From the NCBI GenBank assembly GCA_946965045.2, contig OX337234.1, positions 2,914,001-2,978,000 of the forward strand: DNA of 64,000 nucleotides, written 5' to 3'. The DNA is from Epithemia pelagica. Taxonomy: Eukaryota; Protista; Bacillariophyta. Position 1 is the stretch's first letter, and every line of letters begins with the position of its first letter. Both the position numbers and the translations under genes were made by a program. Shown here piece after piece: positions 1 to 12,411 of the stretch. The notes below the pieces were generated by a model, which searched no databases, was not told where the DNA came from, and was given only the letters and a program-made list of their open reading frames with translations.

Positions 1-60
1 GAGTTTGGCCTTTTGCGGAGGACGGATGGCATAACAAGCCACGTGGTTTCCCACACTTAC

Positions 61-1674
61 CAGCAAGTGCTCAGGACTGACAAATAAGAGATTTCCTAGG
101 GCACTGCCACAACGACACATGGAAGAATCCAGCAACACGGTTTGTTTGGGAGGACCATGCTGAGGCACATTTGACCACGAGGATTGAGTGGGTCCTTTCT
201 CCTCCATCCACGCCATGACATGTCCCAAATCGTAAATGAGAACATGGCCATTTCTGAATTATAGTGATATGAAACATGAAACGTCACAAGTGTAAGGAAT
301 CAGATAATAATCCAGAGATTGATTGGGCAATCTTGTAGCAACTTACAGATGCAACAAGGCTATGATATCGGGATTGTGAGCATTCCAATTGAGGGCAAGG
401 TATCCAAGGCTGGATGTCGAATCTCCCGTTGGCAAAGAGATGGGAACCATCATTGTGGGAGACACGTGAAAACAACCCGAGGCGCGAGCTTGATTGCTGG
501 TCGAACGATTGCGTTCACTGGTAGTTGTAGTGCTGGCAGTGGCCTCCGTGGTATTGCGATCCGTAGTATTGTTTGTTTTGTCGTTGGTAGGGGGTGCACC
601 TTGTGCTGTCGTTCTTGACGTGTCGTCCTTGTCTGCACACGAACGCAAATGACGACGACGACGACGCTCTTGTTGCAGAATCGACTTTTGTTGACCGTAC
701 CGATTCCGTCCTTGTCGATCCGCGGCAATGACGCTGTCCCAATCGTAAATGACCAAGGTCGAAGTGACCAAGACGGCCAACAATACTCCGTCCGGATCCC
801 ATTGCACATGACGAATGGGATGTCGGTGATGGTTATGCAAAGGTGTGGAGAGTTGCAACCAGGGTGCAACCTTCCACGGTGGAGGTTGAATAGGAGGAAC
901 TGCTTGTTGTTGTAGGCAGTACTGGTGGGGTCCATGAGTCGCACGATGATTCAACCAGTGCACAATCCCAGAACTTGGAGACGCAGCCGTCGTTCCATCG
1001 TTTGACTTTGACGAGACATTGGTAGTTTCGGCAAGGTCTGACTTGGTGATGATTGTTTCCGTGGAAGGTGGATTGACAAGATGTGGTTGGTAGTTTGCCA
1101 TCATTTGTGTCGATAGTTTTGTGGATTGGGAACTCGAAGTTTTCTCATCTTGAACAGCTGCATTTTCTAGCCGATGTTGTCCACGTGCGTTGGATCTTGG
1201 TTTCGCCGTTTGTTTCTTCGTACTTGACAACGGTGTTTGAAGAGAGGCGCCTTGTTCCTTTTTCGTTTTTTTGGAACTGGAGGCCGCACGTGGTTGCAAA
1301 AAGCTGGACAAGTTGCCTTGTCGAAGGGTCGAATCTTTTGCTTTTGTGGTCTTTGGCCTTGATCGTTCATTGGTTTGGCCTGGAGTCTGACGGTTCGCGA
1401 TTGTTCGCGTTGTTGCACACGGCTTTTTGGAGGACAGAAAAGACGTGGCTGGTCGTTCTCGCTTTGAACCTGTGGTCGGACCTCGTAGTAGGGAATTTGT
1501 ACCAGAGGATGCCGTTGGTTTGCTGAGCGGTTTTGACGAATGGTTCCGTGAGCCCTTGGTTGTGCTCCGCTCTTTGCTAAGTCCCTTTTGGTCGTCTTTG
1601 TTGTTGGATAAGCGACGTAGCACGTTCTTGCTTCGGTCGTCGTTGGTCATGCTTCTTCTGTCGTCGATGGTCAT
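61..1674 (-). CDS. WD40-repeat-like protein, 5' part; exons 347-1674 and 61-253, continuing off the left window edge
   Basis: The 443-aa ORF has a low-complexity basic N-terminus, then HPIRHVQWDPDGVLLAVLVTSTLVIYDWD. A GTAAGT..CAG intron at 254-346 joins LLHL to NGHVLIYDL in frame. A further GTAAG donor lies at 60. Confidence 0.6.
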
Positions 1675-2373
1675 GCTTGTTTTCTGAGTTGATACCTGTT
1701 ATCATGGGAGTCCTCCCAATCTCAAATCTCAATTCCAGCAGCAATCGGTTTGTTGGAGTTGGAGGCACTCATCCGAAAAGGCGGGGGAAGTCATGCGCGT
1801 TTGTGTGTTCGCCATACGCGAAAAAAAGACTTCCAGTCGCGGTAATTTATGGCGCGCTGAATTGCGCCACCACAAGTATTCTAGCGTGGTATGTGGACTC
1901 TAGTAGCCTAGCTCCTCTATTCTACGGAATTGACGAACTTGTCCAAGAACAAAATAGGAGTACATCATGAGACATCAAAAGCCACCAACGAGCATCCAGT
2001 AGTGGCAGTGCCATGATGTCCTGGTCAGATCCATTCTCACCAAGGGGCATGGTTGTCGGCATGTTGTTGGCATACGCGCAACAGCTTTCGGACAATCTGA
2101 AACGCCGCCGCTCATCCAAAGTTGCATACACGCCTCCTTTGTCTTGATGGCAAACGGATTTCTAGCTGCCATAGCCTCTTTCTATACTTTCAACTTTACA
2201 GGAAAAAATCGCGGTTGAATCCACACGATAGATCTTTCTCAACTCGGACTTGTCGCAGCACATTTTGATCCCGAGATGTCACCACAGCCAACCTATAACG
2301 AGGGCGACAAAAATACAGGACCATGCTTCACTCGCTGCATACACGTCTTGTTTCTCCTTGTCCGTGACTTTGA

Positions 2374-3405
2374 TTAGGGTGGCATGCGCAAGGCACCATC
2401 CAGTCGAATACAAGTACCGTTAATCATGGGGTTCTCCAAAATGTGCGCCACCAATTGTCCATATTCCGAAGGCCGGCCCAAGCGATTGGGACATGGGACA
2501 CTGGCACCCAATTCCTTTTGCACTGCGGGAGGCAAGCCCTCCAACAAGGGCGTTGCAAACAGTCCAGGAGCCTGCCACACACAAACAAAGGGGAGAGACA
2601 AGAAAAATGGCCAAGACAGGAACAAATGAGTCTGAAAATGAGATCATACCGTGAACAAGGTTAACGTTACACCAAATGCTCCCAATGAGCAGCCATTACA
2701 AAAGCGAAAGAAGATGGAACGTACAATGGACACGACTCGAATTCCCCATGGCGCCAAATCTCGTGCCATGGGAAGCGTCATTCCCACAATCGCCCCTTTG
2801 CTCGCTGAATAAGCGACTTGTCCCACCTGACCTTCAAAGGCTGCAATACTGGCTGTCTGAATGATACAACCACGAAGCAAATCCGTCTCGTCGCTGCTGC
2901 TACTACTATTCGTGTCGGTTGGAGTCGTCGTTCCTTGGACCATGCGTTCCGCGGCCAATCGCGCAACATGAAAACTTCCGATTGTATTCACTTGCAATGT
3001 TCGGGAAAATTCCTCCATGGCCTTGTCGGAAGCTTCTCCCTTTTTGTTGATCGTCTTGGATGCAGTCGCAATGCCAGCCGAATTCACAACTGCATTCACA
3101 GGTTGGCCAAATGTCTCTTGAACTAAGTCCAGTGCTTTTTCAATGGTTTCTGGCTTGGTCACATCCAATGGACAGAATCGGAGATTGGACTCCAAATCGG
3201 GAATGTTGTTGTTGTTCTCATCATGGTTCCGTTCTGGGAGGGTCGTGTTCAGCTGCTCGACAATGTTGGCTTGATAGGATGCTTCCGACAAGTCTCCCAC
3301 GACAACACGAGCACCTTTGTGCAACAACGTCCGAACGGCTGCAGCTCCCAATCCTGAAGCACCACCGGTCACCAACGCAACCGTATTTCGAAGCATCGTT
3401 GTCAT
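2374..3405 (-). CDS. HSD17B10: Short-chain dehydrogenase, 3-hydroxyacyl-CoA dehydrogenase type 2 (HSD17B10-like); exons 2725-3405 and 2374-2571
   Basis: Motifs [35 protein letters not shown] and the C-terminal [21 protein letters not shown] intron at 2572-2724 restores [15 protein letters not shown]. About 292 aa. Confidence 0.92.
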
Positions 3406-3663
3406 GGTGTTCTTTTGTGGGTGGTTCTCTTCTCTCCAACGAAAACAATATTGAAAATGAGAACACCAAACAAAAGCGACCAAAATTTTTTCTACGTTCG
3501 CTACCTCTATTAGCCTCTAGTAGCATCTTCCTATTAGGGGCGAGCAAGTTGTATGAGTAGGAAGAACTCAAAGAGCCGCATCAGCTGTTTTGTGGTCTCA
3601 ACCCATCCTTTTCTTAGAGCTAGTATAATGAGTTCTTTTCCTGCGAAATGTAAATTGCTGAGT

Positions 3664-5396
3664 CTAGTAGAGAAACCTTGGCCTTCGGAGTTCAAATGGC
3701 TTCACCTCCACCTCAAACTGGGAACCCGTCGGCGATTCTATACTACCGGGAACAAATCGCAAGTGACCCGCAAAGGAACCTCGCTTCATAGCCCCGCCAG
3801 TACAGGATTGATATTGGAAAATCCCATCGAAAGAATCGCCACTTTCCGTGTAACCTCCCTCATGAAGCAAAGGATACATACCAATCACACCCTCACCATC
3901 TACCTCGTGGGTTGTTCCGGCCACATCGTCTGTGATACGCCAATGCCTTGACCACAGCTGACAAGTTTCAAAACCTCGTTGAGAAGGAGAAACATATTCG
4001 CCTTCGTCTTGGCGTGTCAGGAGCCGTATCCGAACACTGTAAATGAATCCAAAGCGATTGGATCCGGGAACGTAAACGGCACTGGCAATAACCTCTACAC
4101 CACGCGTCACAGCTCGACTGACACACTGTACACCTTCTGTAATAACAGGAGAGGAATTGAGGGGAAATTGTGGATATAGTGTAATGCCTTCAATCACAGT
4201 GTCCCGGACTGGTACAGGTTCGACGCGACTTTCCCCCGATCTCAGTCGTCGAACATGCTCTTCAAGCCACAAAAGAAAGTCATCCGAGCGATCCATCGAC
4301 GTGCCGGTTATCTCCCCATCGACTGTCACTGCTGGTTCGGTACCCTGATGGGGAACAAAACACTCCAAGGCACCAGACCTCGAGTTCACAATATACAGTC
4401 TGCGAATGTTCCCAATATCAAACCCCACAATGACTCGTGCGGGCCGTCCCTGTCCAGGTGCTCCCGAGATCGTTCCTTCACGAATAAAACCACTCTGAAA
4501 TTGCAGGCATATGCTCGAAGCGGCCCCATATGCCGCATAACAGCCCATTAATCCTTGCATGGCCGTGAGCTCCGGAAAATCGGAAATTAGGCGTTGGCCA
4601 CGGTTAAACGCAAAGACGGCATAGCAAGCTTCCAATCCGGTTTTGTCCTGGCATGAGTCCCAATCAGAATGAGAAAGGCCGGTCCAACCTTCTCCTCCAA
4701 CGAGCGTAGATTTGATCTGCTCCCTACATCTAGAACTGCCGTGCGATTCTTGTCGCAAGTCACACCATTGGAACACTTGTTGCCAAAAGCGAGCAGCCCT
4801 TAAAAAGAACGGTGCGCGAACCAGATGGGTATCTTTCGCTGCGGATTGCACATTGCCTTTCTGATAAAATCGGGAGTTTACCTTTACCCACCCTTTCCAC
4901 GCTTCAAAAGCAGTGGGGGCATCCTCAATAAAGTCATCCTTCCATGGGTCAATGCCAAATAAAGAACCGGTGGTTGATAAAGAAGGATCGACGACCTTGA
5001 CTACCTGCCTCCACTCTTCTGAAGCGGCATCTGAACTCTTGTTGCTGCTGTTGATTTGATCACCAAACCCAAAATCTCTCTTCAACATGAGCTTCCACAT
5101 TTCTTCAGATTCTGTTCAAGAAATCAAGAGATCAAATTATTTCTCGCATGAGCATCGCTGCATTGGTGTAGTCTCTCATATGATAAAAAACGGCATGAAG
5201 GGTTTAACCTACCCTGTTCCTTGTGGAACATATTGTAACTTCGTCGGCAGACGACGCGAAGAGAAAGAACATCTGAGTGAGTTAGGTAAGGGCACAAGGA
5301 GAACAAGAACGCCGACGGCGGGAGAGAGACAAGCGATGCAGATTCCCCGTCGCCATTGTCTCTAGATGTCGAAGCAGGCACAGAGGACGAGGACAT
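3664..5396 (-). CDS. SKIP16: F-box / ApaG-domain protein (SKIP16-like); exons 5213-5396 and 3664-5111
   Basis: N-terminal F-box-like LPPSAFLFSLCPYLTHSDVLSLRVVCR; C-terminal ApaG motifs FIYSVRIRL, CQLWSRHWRI, GEGVIGMYPLL and FQYQSC. A GTAGGT..CAG intron at 5112-5212 joins the two ORFs in frame (543 aa). Confidence 0.85.
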
Positions 5397-6108
5397 GGCT
5401 AATGGCTATTGCTGAAAGTATCTGATTTCCAATGATATCTCTGGGAACTGAGTTTGAGTTTTTGGTAGGCACATCCATCGAATGACATTGATTTGACATG
5501 AAAAAGATAGGCCGAAGAGCTCTGCGGGACTGGGAACTGAGACTGACCGATTCTCCCCTCTTGAAAATGGCCTATCGGATGTCAGACAGACAATGTGTGA
5601 AGTCCCGCGTAAGCAGACTCGTGACTAAGCCGTCTCCCTCTCTCACACGAGCGTTATTACAAGAGTGCGGAAATTTTTTGGGCGCGCTCAGCGCTCACAA
5701 GACACGACTGGGGGACTTGGCCACTTTTTCGAATTCCATCACTTTTTCAAAGGTCGACGGTGACAAATGGAGGCGTGAATAGAAGAGCCAGTCTATTCCT
5801 CAATCGACAGAATCAAATTTGCAAGGATCGAATCAATCGTCATGTTACTGATATTTCTAAATTAGGAATGATTTCATGTGGTTGTGATGGACATGGCAAA
5901 ATTTACAGTAGTGACCAGGATATAAATATATGAATTCATGGCGCAGCAATGTGTGTGCCGTGGACAGCTCCAATCTCTGGGGTGTCCAGGATAACCCACT
6001 GATGCCTCGGTGGTTTGAAGTTCTTATGGAGATATGGTCATACATCTGAAGGTCCGACCTCCTCTAGATGTGTATGTTCGTGTATTCTTGAAACTGCAAG
6101 AGAAGTTA

Positions 6109-7590
6109 CTACTGTGCCTTATCCTTGTCTTCGTCGCTGTCATGTCCTGCATTCGAATTTCCAGAGGTGGACCGTTCAGTACTTCGTAGCCTGGGGGATG
6201 CCAGAAAGCTAAGTGCCTCTGCTGCCTGTGCTTTCTCTTCCTCCTCTTCTTCCGAGGAGGACGAGGAAATTGAACCTTGTCGGGGCTGTTTGGAAGGACG
6301 AGATGGTTTCTCGGCAGACGAGGACAGTGTCTTGCGCTTCTTGGTTGAAGAATGTGGTGCAGTATCGGCTGCACGCTTGATCGTCGAGTTCCAGCGATTC
6401 TTGATGGCATTGTCGGTTCGTCCCGGAAGTCGTTTAGCAATCTCGGCCCATCGGTTCCCCAATTCCTCATGAGCCTTGATAAGAGCGTGGTCTTCTTCTT
6501 CCCTCCATTCGCCCTTGTTAATAGTAGGATCAAGATGGTTGTACCATCGTTCGCGGCACTGCTTTCCAAGTCGGCCATTCAGTTGCCGAGCAATAAGAGA
6601 CCATTTCTTGGTGCCGTGCACTTCCACCAAATGAGCTACCGTGGCATCCTCTTCCGGGGTCCATGGTCCTTTGATCAAGCCTGGACGAAGAACTTTTTGC
6701 CAGCGATGCAAGCATTGGACGTCTGTTCTCCCCTTGAGACGACTGGCAATCTTCTTCCAGTTCTTGCCCCCAAACTCTTTGACCGCTTGCCGTAAGCGAT
6801 CATCTTCGTCTTCGGTCCATTTCCCCATGGATGCGCGACGCTTGAAGGAGGTGGACTCGTTCTTGACAGGAGAAGGCTCTCGTTCGGTGGAATGGGAGGA
6901 ATCGCCGTCGACATCGTCTTCGGCCTGGGATACGGTTGCAGCAGGTTTTCGTGAGGAAGGGCTGGACGCTTCCGATACAGACTGCGCCACGCGATGGACG
7001 AGTGGACTTGCGGAATTGGCATTGGGGGGAGACACGACCGCAGGAGAGTAGTTTGGAATACTGTGAATGTGAGCAGGTTCATTGTAGCGAGTGTAATAGG
7101 CATGGTGGGGTGGTGACATTGTATGAGGAGCATGCGAAGGGTGAGGAACTGGGTGTGGTGGTGGCGGAGGAGGAGGCACACGGACATAGCCGGGGTAAGA
7201 CGACCAGTACGAAGGAGGAGGGCCGTAATGTGCTGGATGGTGATGATAATGTGGCGCTGGATGCCGATGATCTCTGATTGCATGGACCGGGGCGATATGA
7301 TGAACGCTCGCGGGTGGAGCATGTTGGTGTACCATGGCTACGGTGTGAGCACGACGGGGAGATACATCTGCAGGTTGAATCTGTGTGGACGCATTGTACA
7401 TTTCCGGAGATGTAACGGTGATGTCAACGGGTGGCTCATCTCGATGTTCTGGAACCTGGTTTCGACGTCTGGGAGGAGTTCCTTCGTTGGTGCCGCTGCT
7501 TTTGCTCCCCGTATCCATGGAGGAAGCTGCTGCTGCCGCCGCATGGGCAAGCGCACCCAAAGCGCATGTCATGGACGATGAAGTTGACAT
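6109..7590 (-). CDS. MYB3R: Three-repeat (R1R2R3) MYB transcription factor
   Basis: Three tandem Myb repeats: [38 protein letters not shown] and [20 protein letters not shown]. The ORF opens at 7917, but the likely ATG is 7590 (MSTSSS). Confidence 0.9.
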   Translation of the reverse strand: MSTSSSMTCALGALAHAAAAAASSMDTGSKSSGTNEGTPPRRRNQVPEHRDEPPVDITVTSPEMYNASTQIQPADVSPRRAHTVAMVHQHAPPASVHHIAPVHAIRDHRHPAPHYHHHPAHYGPPPSYWSSYPGYVRVPPPPPPPHPVPHPSHAPHTMSPPHHAYYTRYNEPAHIHSIPNYSPAVVSPPNANSASPLVHRVAQSVSEASSPSSRKPAATVSQAEDDVDGDSSHSTEREPSPVKNESTSFKRRASMGKWTEDEDDRLRQAVKEFGGKNWKKIASRLKGRTDVQCLHRWQKVLRPGLIKGPWTPEEDATVAHLVEVHGTKKWSLIARQLNGRLGKQCRERWYNHLDPTINKGEWREEEDHALIKAHEELGNRWAEIAKRLPGRTDNAIKNRWNSTIKRAADTAPHSSTKKRKTLSSSAEKPSRPSKQPRQGSISSSSSEEEEEEKAQAAEALSFLASPRLRSTERSTSGNSNAGHDSDEDKDKAQ

Positions 7591-8678
7591 GGCCGTTCCC
7601 CGTTTGACTCGTTTCTTGTCGTTAGACCTCCTTCTCGAGAAGGGAGAGCGTGGGTCTATGAGAGAAAGACAGTGCGGCCAACGAGTCGAAATGAGCCTGG
7701 CCCATGCAGATCTATCCGGTAGCTTCAGTTCTGAATTTTGAGCACTTAAAGGGACTAGGACGATTTGGAGCCCGTTAGACCATGCGAGCGGTACGAATTG
7801 CCAAAAATCAGTGGATGATTCATCCGTTGGTAGGCATGGAAGCATAGTTTGTGAAGATACATTTTGTCGAGCAAAAGTTTGTAAGAAAGACAAATTTTTG
7901 GGGCTATTGTCGACCATTCTCGATGCCGTCTGGCGACAAAAGACCGACCAACGTACACTGGATAATAACCCAACGACTCCTTCCGAGAAGACTCAACTAC
8001 TACTCAGTGGGTATCTATTTCGTTTTGTATTTACATTCAAAAATTTAATATTACCCTAAATATAGGTAGTAGTGACTCGTGGGGACATTTCAAAATTGCC
8101 CTTGAATATCGAGGATGACGGCTGATGATACACGCCGGCACTCCTCACATATTTTGGTCAGATTCCCACGAAGAGGGTTGTCTCACATGTTTCTTTGGGG
8201 GGCTTTGGTGATCTGTGGATTCATGGACCTGAGAAAGACCCTTCTACACTCTTTTTTGGCCAAAAGTCACAACACGAGAGGTGTCCGTTAGTCTGCCTTT
8301 CCAGTGTTGGACGGTCACTAGCGTGACGTTGTGTGTTTGCTATAGCAAAAACAACAGCTCCGAGGCATTAACAGGACTCTGCTCTACCGGTCCGAGTAGC
8401 AAGGAGATTTTGGCATGTCCAACAAGCAACCGTCCGATTGCACGTTCCTGTGTCTCTCTCAACGATCCTCCTCTACATGATTCCTGTAGATGAGGATATC
8501 CAAAACGGAATGTTTTATGGTAGACCCGAGAGTTCAACGGATGCACTCACTGATCCGGCAGTTGTCAAATTTCTTTGTTGTACAGGGGGTTCTGTTGGAT
8601 AAGGGAACATAGTTTCCCAATTTCAATTGCCGTAAAGACTCTCATTTTCATTTTGAAAAAAAGGCCTCCTCTACCACC

Positions 8679-9131
8679 ATGACCAACAAGACAGAGACGG
8701 AAGCTGCGCCGGAGTCGGCAGGTACCAAGGAGAAACAGGGTTCTACCTGTAACTTGTTGGAAGCAATCTGTGGCATTTTGGATCCCAGTCCAGAACCGGA
8801 ACCTACTCCTGAAGAACCTTCTTCCAACAAGAACGGTCTGGTGAAGCAGCGAGTGGAAGTTGCAAATCAGCTTGTGACATATGATCCCAAAGTTCCGGAA
8901 AGTGAAGAACCGGAAGCAGAGTCGAATCCAAACAGGGAAAGCTCCATGAAAACAGGTGGTGGCGATGGCAACTACTACGACAAGGACACTCCTTCTGCGA
9001 TCATGAGTCCAACAATGACTGAGGACGAAGATGATGAAGAGGAAGAAACTGAACCCCCTGTGAAGCCCACCAAGCAGCGCAGGAGCTGGTTTTGGCGTCG
9101 TCGGAAAAGCGCCAAAACCGTGGAACAGTAA
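8679..9131 (+). CDS. Hypothetical 150-aa acidic protein with a basic C-terminus (RRSWFWRRRK)
   Basis: Clean ATG-to-stop ORF in a gene-sized gap with host-like composition; no recognisable domain. Confidence 0.55.
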   Translation: MTNKTETEAAPESAGTKEKQGSTCNLLEAICGILDPSPEPEPTPEEPSSNKNGLVKQRVEVANQLVTYDPKVPESEEPEAESNPNRESSMKTGGGDGNYYDKDTPSAIMSPTMTEDEDDEEEETEPPVKPTKQRRSWFWRRRKSAKTVEQ

Positions 9132-9920
9132 AGAAAAACCAAACCGTGCAGTTTAATTGGGGACAAGGATTGTTTGTCGACATGTATAAAAGAGAAAGGG
9201 AAATGCATGTTGGGGGTACCACAGATTTGGCCATCATGCGTCATATTACTTGTCAACGCACCGTCTCAAAGATATTAATCTATTTCATAATGTCGAAGTC
9301 TACTAAGCCTATGTTGTCGCACACGTTTGTCTAATAACATTTTCGAGGATGGTTCTGTATGGACATGATGAATATACATTGATTAGAAAGTGTGCGTCGA
9401 ATTTTAGAACGGAAATTTCCAGTTCTCCCTTTGCCACGGGTTCGCACATCTCACGTCAAAATGGTCCGAGTCAGATCATAACCTCTATGACGCAGCGAAG
9501 TAACAATAAGCTCTCTTTCTGGGTTCACTCTACCTCTAGAGCGCATTGCAACGTCTATTGGGTGACGATAATAATAATATTCGAGTAGACGATGAGTGCA
9601 TCCAACTAGGTAGCAAAGATCACATTGAATTACACATGTCACAAAAGAAGGCGCATGAGAAAGGAAACCAGGAATTTCAATCATCTCTCCTCTTGAGCAT
9701 TTCCATTGTAAAGATGACATGGCGAATGACAAGTTACCGTCGTTGCGAAAATAGAGGGGTGTAGCTAGAGGGAGCTACCCCTTCAGAAGAAGTCTTCGTC
9801 CGTTTTTCGCCGAGTATCTTTGATGATCTCAAGAATCGAGCGAACTCGTCACTTGTGTTGTGCTTCGACGACCATCCAGACTCCAGACCAAAGGAGAAAG
9901 GGAGAATAGATAGCCCAAAC

Positions 9921-11102
9921 ATGGAAGAGGCTGGCACGGGTAGCAATGATTGGTGTACCATTGAGAGTGATCCAGGTGTGTTCACGGAACTCTTGGAAGA
10001 TTTGGGCGTCAAGGGCGTAGAACTGCAAGAATTGTGGTCCTTGGACGACGAAAGTTTGTTGTCGGAGATTGGGAACAGTCAAGTGTATGGGTTGATTTTC
10101 TTGTTTCAATGGATTGGCAAAAAAGAAGGCGAGAGCGACGAGGGGAGCAGTAAACCACAACCCTTGTCGGAATCGGAAATCCCCGACGATTTATTCTTTG
10201 CCCATCAAGTCACAACCAATGCCTGTGCCACACAGGCGATTCTCAGCGTCCTATTCAACAATGCTGGTACAGACGATCGCCCAATCAATGCAGACAATCT
10301 GGGGTCGGTGCTTTCCGAATTTCAATCCTTTACCAAAGACTTTCCACCCTCTTTAAAGGGTGTGGCTATTTCCTCCGTACGTACGATCTCACAGTTGCTT
10401 TTGCGGCATTGTTGAATTGTTATTTCGGACTGAATAATGAAAAGGAGAACATTGCTCACGGCGTGTTTGCTGGATATTTGATGCTTTTCGGGACGTGCTT
10501 TGTTTTTGGTGTGATATTACTCTCTCGATGATTCCAAACAGTCGGAAGAAATCAAAAAGAGCCACAACTCATTTTCGCGGCAAGATGCCTTTTTGGAAGA
10601 AGGCAAATTTCACATTCCCACGGGGAAAGAAGAAGCCTTTCATTTCGTGGCCTATGTTCCCGTTCATGGAAAAGTTTACGAACTGGACGGCCTCCAAAAG
10701 GGTCCAATCGTTGTGGGAGAGATTGGATCGGAAGAAGCAAGCGCGGTTCCTGCATGGTTGGCCGTGGCCCGTCAATCCATTCAAGAACGCATGGCCTTAT
10801 ATCAAAGCCAAGGTGGTGAGGATGGTAGTGGAATCAAGTTTAATCTCATGGCGGTGATTGAAGACAAGCGAATTGCCATTGCGGCGGCAGCGAGTTCCGA
10901 CAGTGAACGGGAAGTGGCCTTGCAACAAGAAGAAGCCAAACGTCAACAATGGAATTTGGAGAATGAACGACGACGACACAACTATGTTCCGCTCTGTATC
11001 CAAATGCTCAAGGAATTGGCACGAATGGGAATGTTGCCAGAACTGGTACAACAGGCCAAAGAACGAGTCATGACGCGGCGACTAGCTAAACAACAAGCAT
11101 AA
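9921..11102 (+). CDS. UCHL5: Ubiquitin C-terminal hydrolase, peptidase C12 (UCH37/UCHL5-like); exons 9921-10376 and 10542-11102
   Basis: WCTIESDPGVFTEL, catalytic TNACATQA (Cys), EAFHFVAYVP (His), YELDGL (Asp), FNLMAVIEDKR and C-terminal ENERRRHNY. GTACGT..CAG intron at 10377-10541. 338 aa. Confidence 0.93.
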
Positions 11103-11382
11103 TAACCTGGATCTAGGCTCGCTCGAACGTGTCGGAAGCCATGTTGATTGCTGCACACCAATTAGCCGCTGTAGTCGTTCGTGTCCCAGGGCAACAGCGA
11201 GATCGATGGGCTAAGCACAGTGCAAAGAAATTTGAGATGAGTTCATGACTCTCGAATCCACATCTTACGGAGTGGGAGTGTCGTCACAGCCTTGTGATCC
11301 ACACTGCTACTCGCCTACATGAAACATGAAGGACAAGCAAAATCTTTAAAGCCATGATAAATGACATTGATGATGATTGATG

Positions 11383-11412
11383 ACTCCTACTAGGAGTACC
11401 TCTAGGACTCTA
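11383..11412. promoter_or_regulatory. Candidate regulatory element: palindrome actccta-c-taggagt followed by ctctaggactct
   Basis: Same CTAGGAGTA core as at 19215-19245 and 53852-53885; intergenic between the UCH gene and the formin. Confidence 0.35.
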
Positions 11413-12411
11413 AGGACCGTTAATCGTAGAGTTTAGTTCGTGACTGGATGCGCCCGTGCGTGGAAATACGTGGCGGGACCATCGTTATGAAAAATGCCGA
11501 CTTCCGACCCGCATCTGCATCTGTATGGCACGCGTGTGCTCACCCATCTTGCCGGCGTGCGGAAGGAGGAGTACAATAGCTTTCGCTCCATTGATCAATC
11601 GTGGAGCTGCTCCGAACACGCCGGTCGACCTTTCATCCGTTGAGTAGGTCAGGCGCTCACGGTTCCCATCGATCGCCAATCCAACCCGGATGGCGCACGT
11701 CGTCCCACGGATGCTCGTTCGTTGGCATCTTCCGTTGTGGTGCTTCTCTTGGTCATAGTGGACTCTCCGTCAAACAGTACTCCTACGATCGTTCGGTCTT
11801 GGGAACTCCCAGCGCGGAGCAGCGCTACTGTAAAGATTTCAGTAGAATGACCCCCATCGGTTTTCTCAACGCCGAGGAGGTGGGGTGCAAGCAACGTGCA
11901 CGTTGTTGCGAGTCTTCATCTTTTTTTGCTCGACATGCTTGTAGAGTAGATAAATCATTGCAGGAGGAAGAGAGAGCCGTTCTTGTTTCGTCGGGCCATG
12001 GGAAAATCAATGCGCATCTGCAAGACTAACGAATAACTATTCCTCGCACACCTTACGCGACGACGGACGAAAATATTAAGAATCGTCGATTCATCACATC
12101 TTCTCTCCTTCACGCTCCGGTTCCCCCTCCTCGTTGGTGGATCGGTTCCCCTTGTTTGTGTGGGGTTGTGGCTATTGACGAGGTCCAGTCCTTGAGCAAA
12201 AGGGCAGAACGCAATATACAGGGAGCACATCCTTGGTGTGTGACACTGCTCCATAGAATCAACACGCAGTCATCGTTTGTTTGTGGCAGTTGAAAGACCA
12301 ACGGATCGCAGTCCATCCAAGTCACCACTCGCATTTTCGTTGTCCGAACAACCTTATCCAACAACAACAACAACAATCGCATTACGAAATCGTGTGTAAT
12401 CTACCACCACC

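Noticed and set aside
7591-7917. N-terminal 109 codons of the MYB ORF
   Set aside because: They start at GTG and look like non-coding leader; the ATG at 7590 is the more plausible start.
11110-12400. Short ORFs between the UCH gene and the formin
   Set aside because: They have no motifs and overlap in several frames; most consistent with UTR and promoter sequence.
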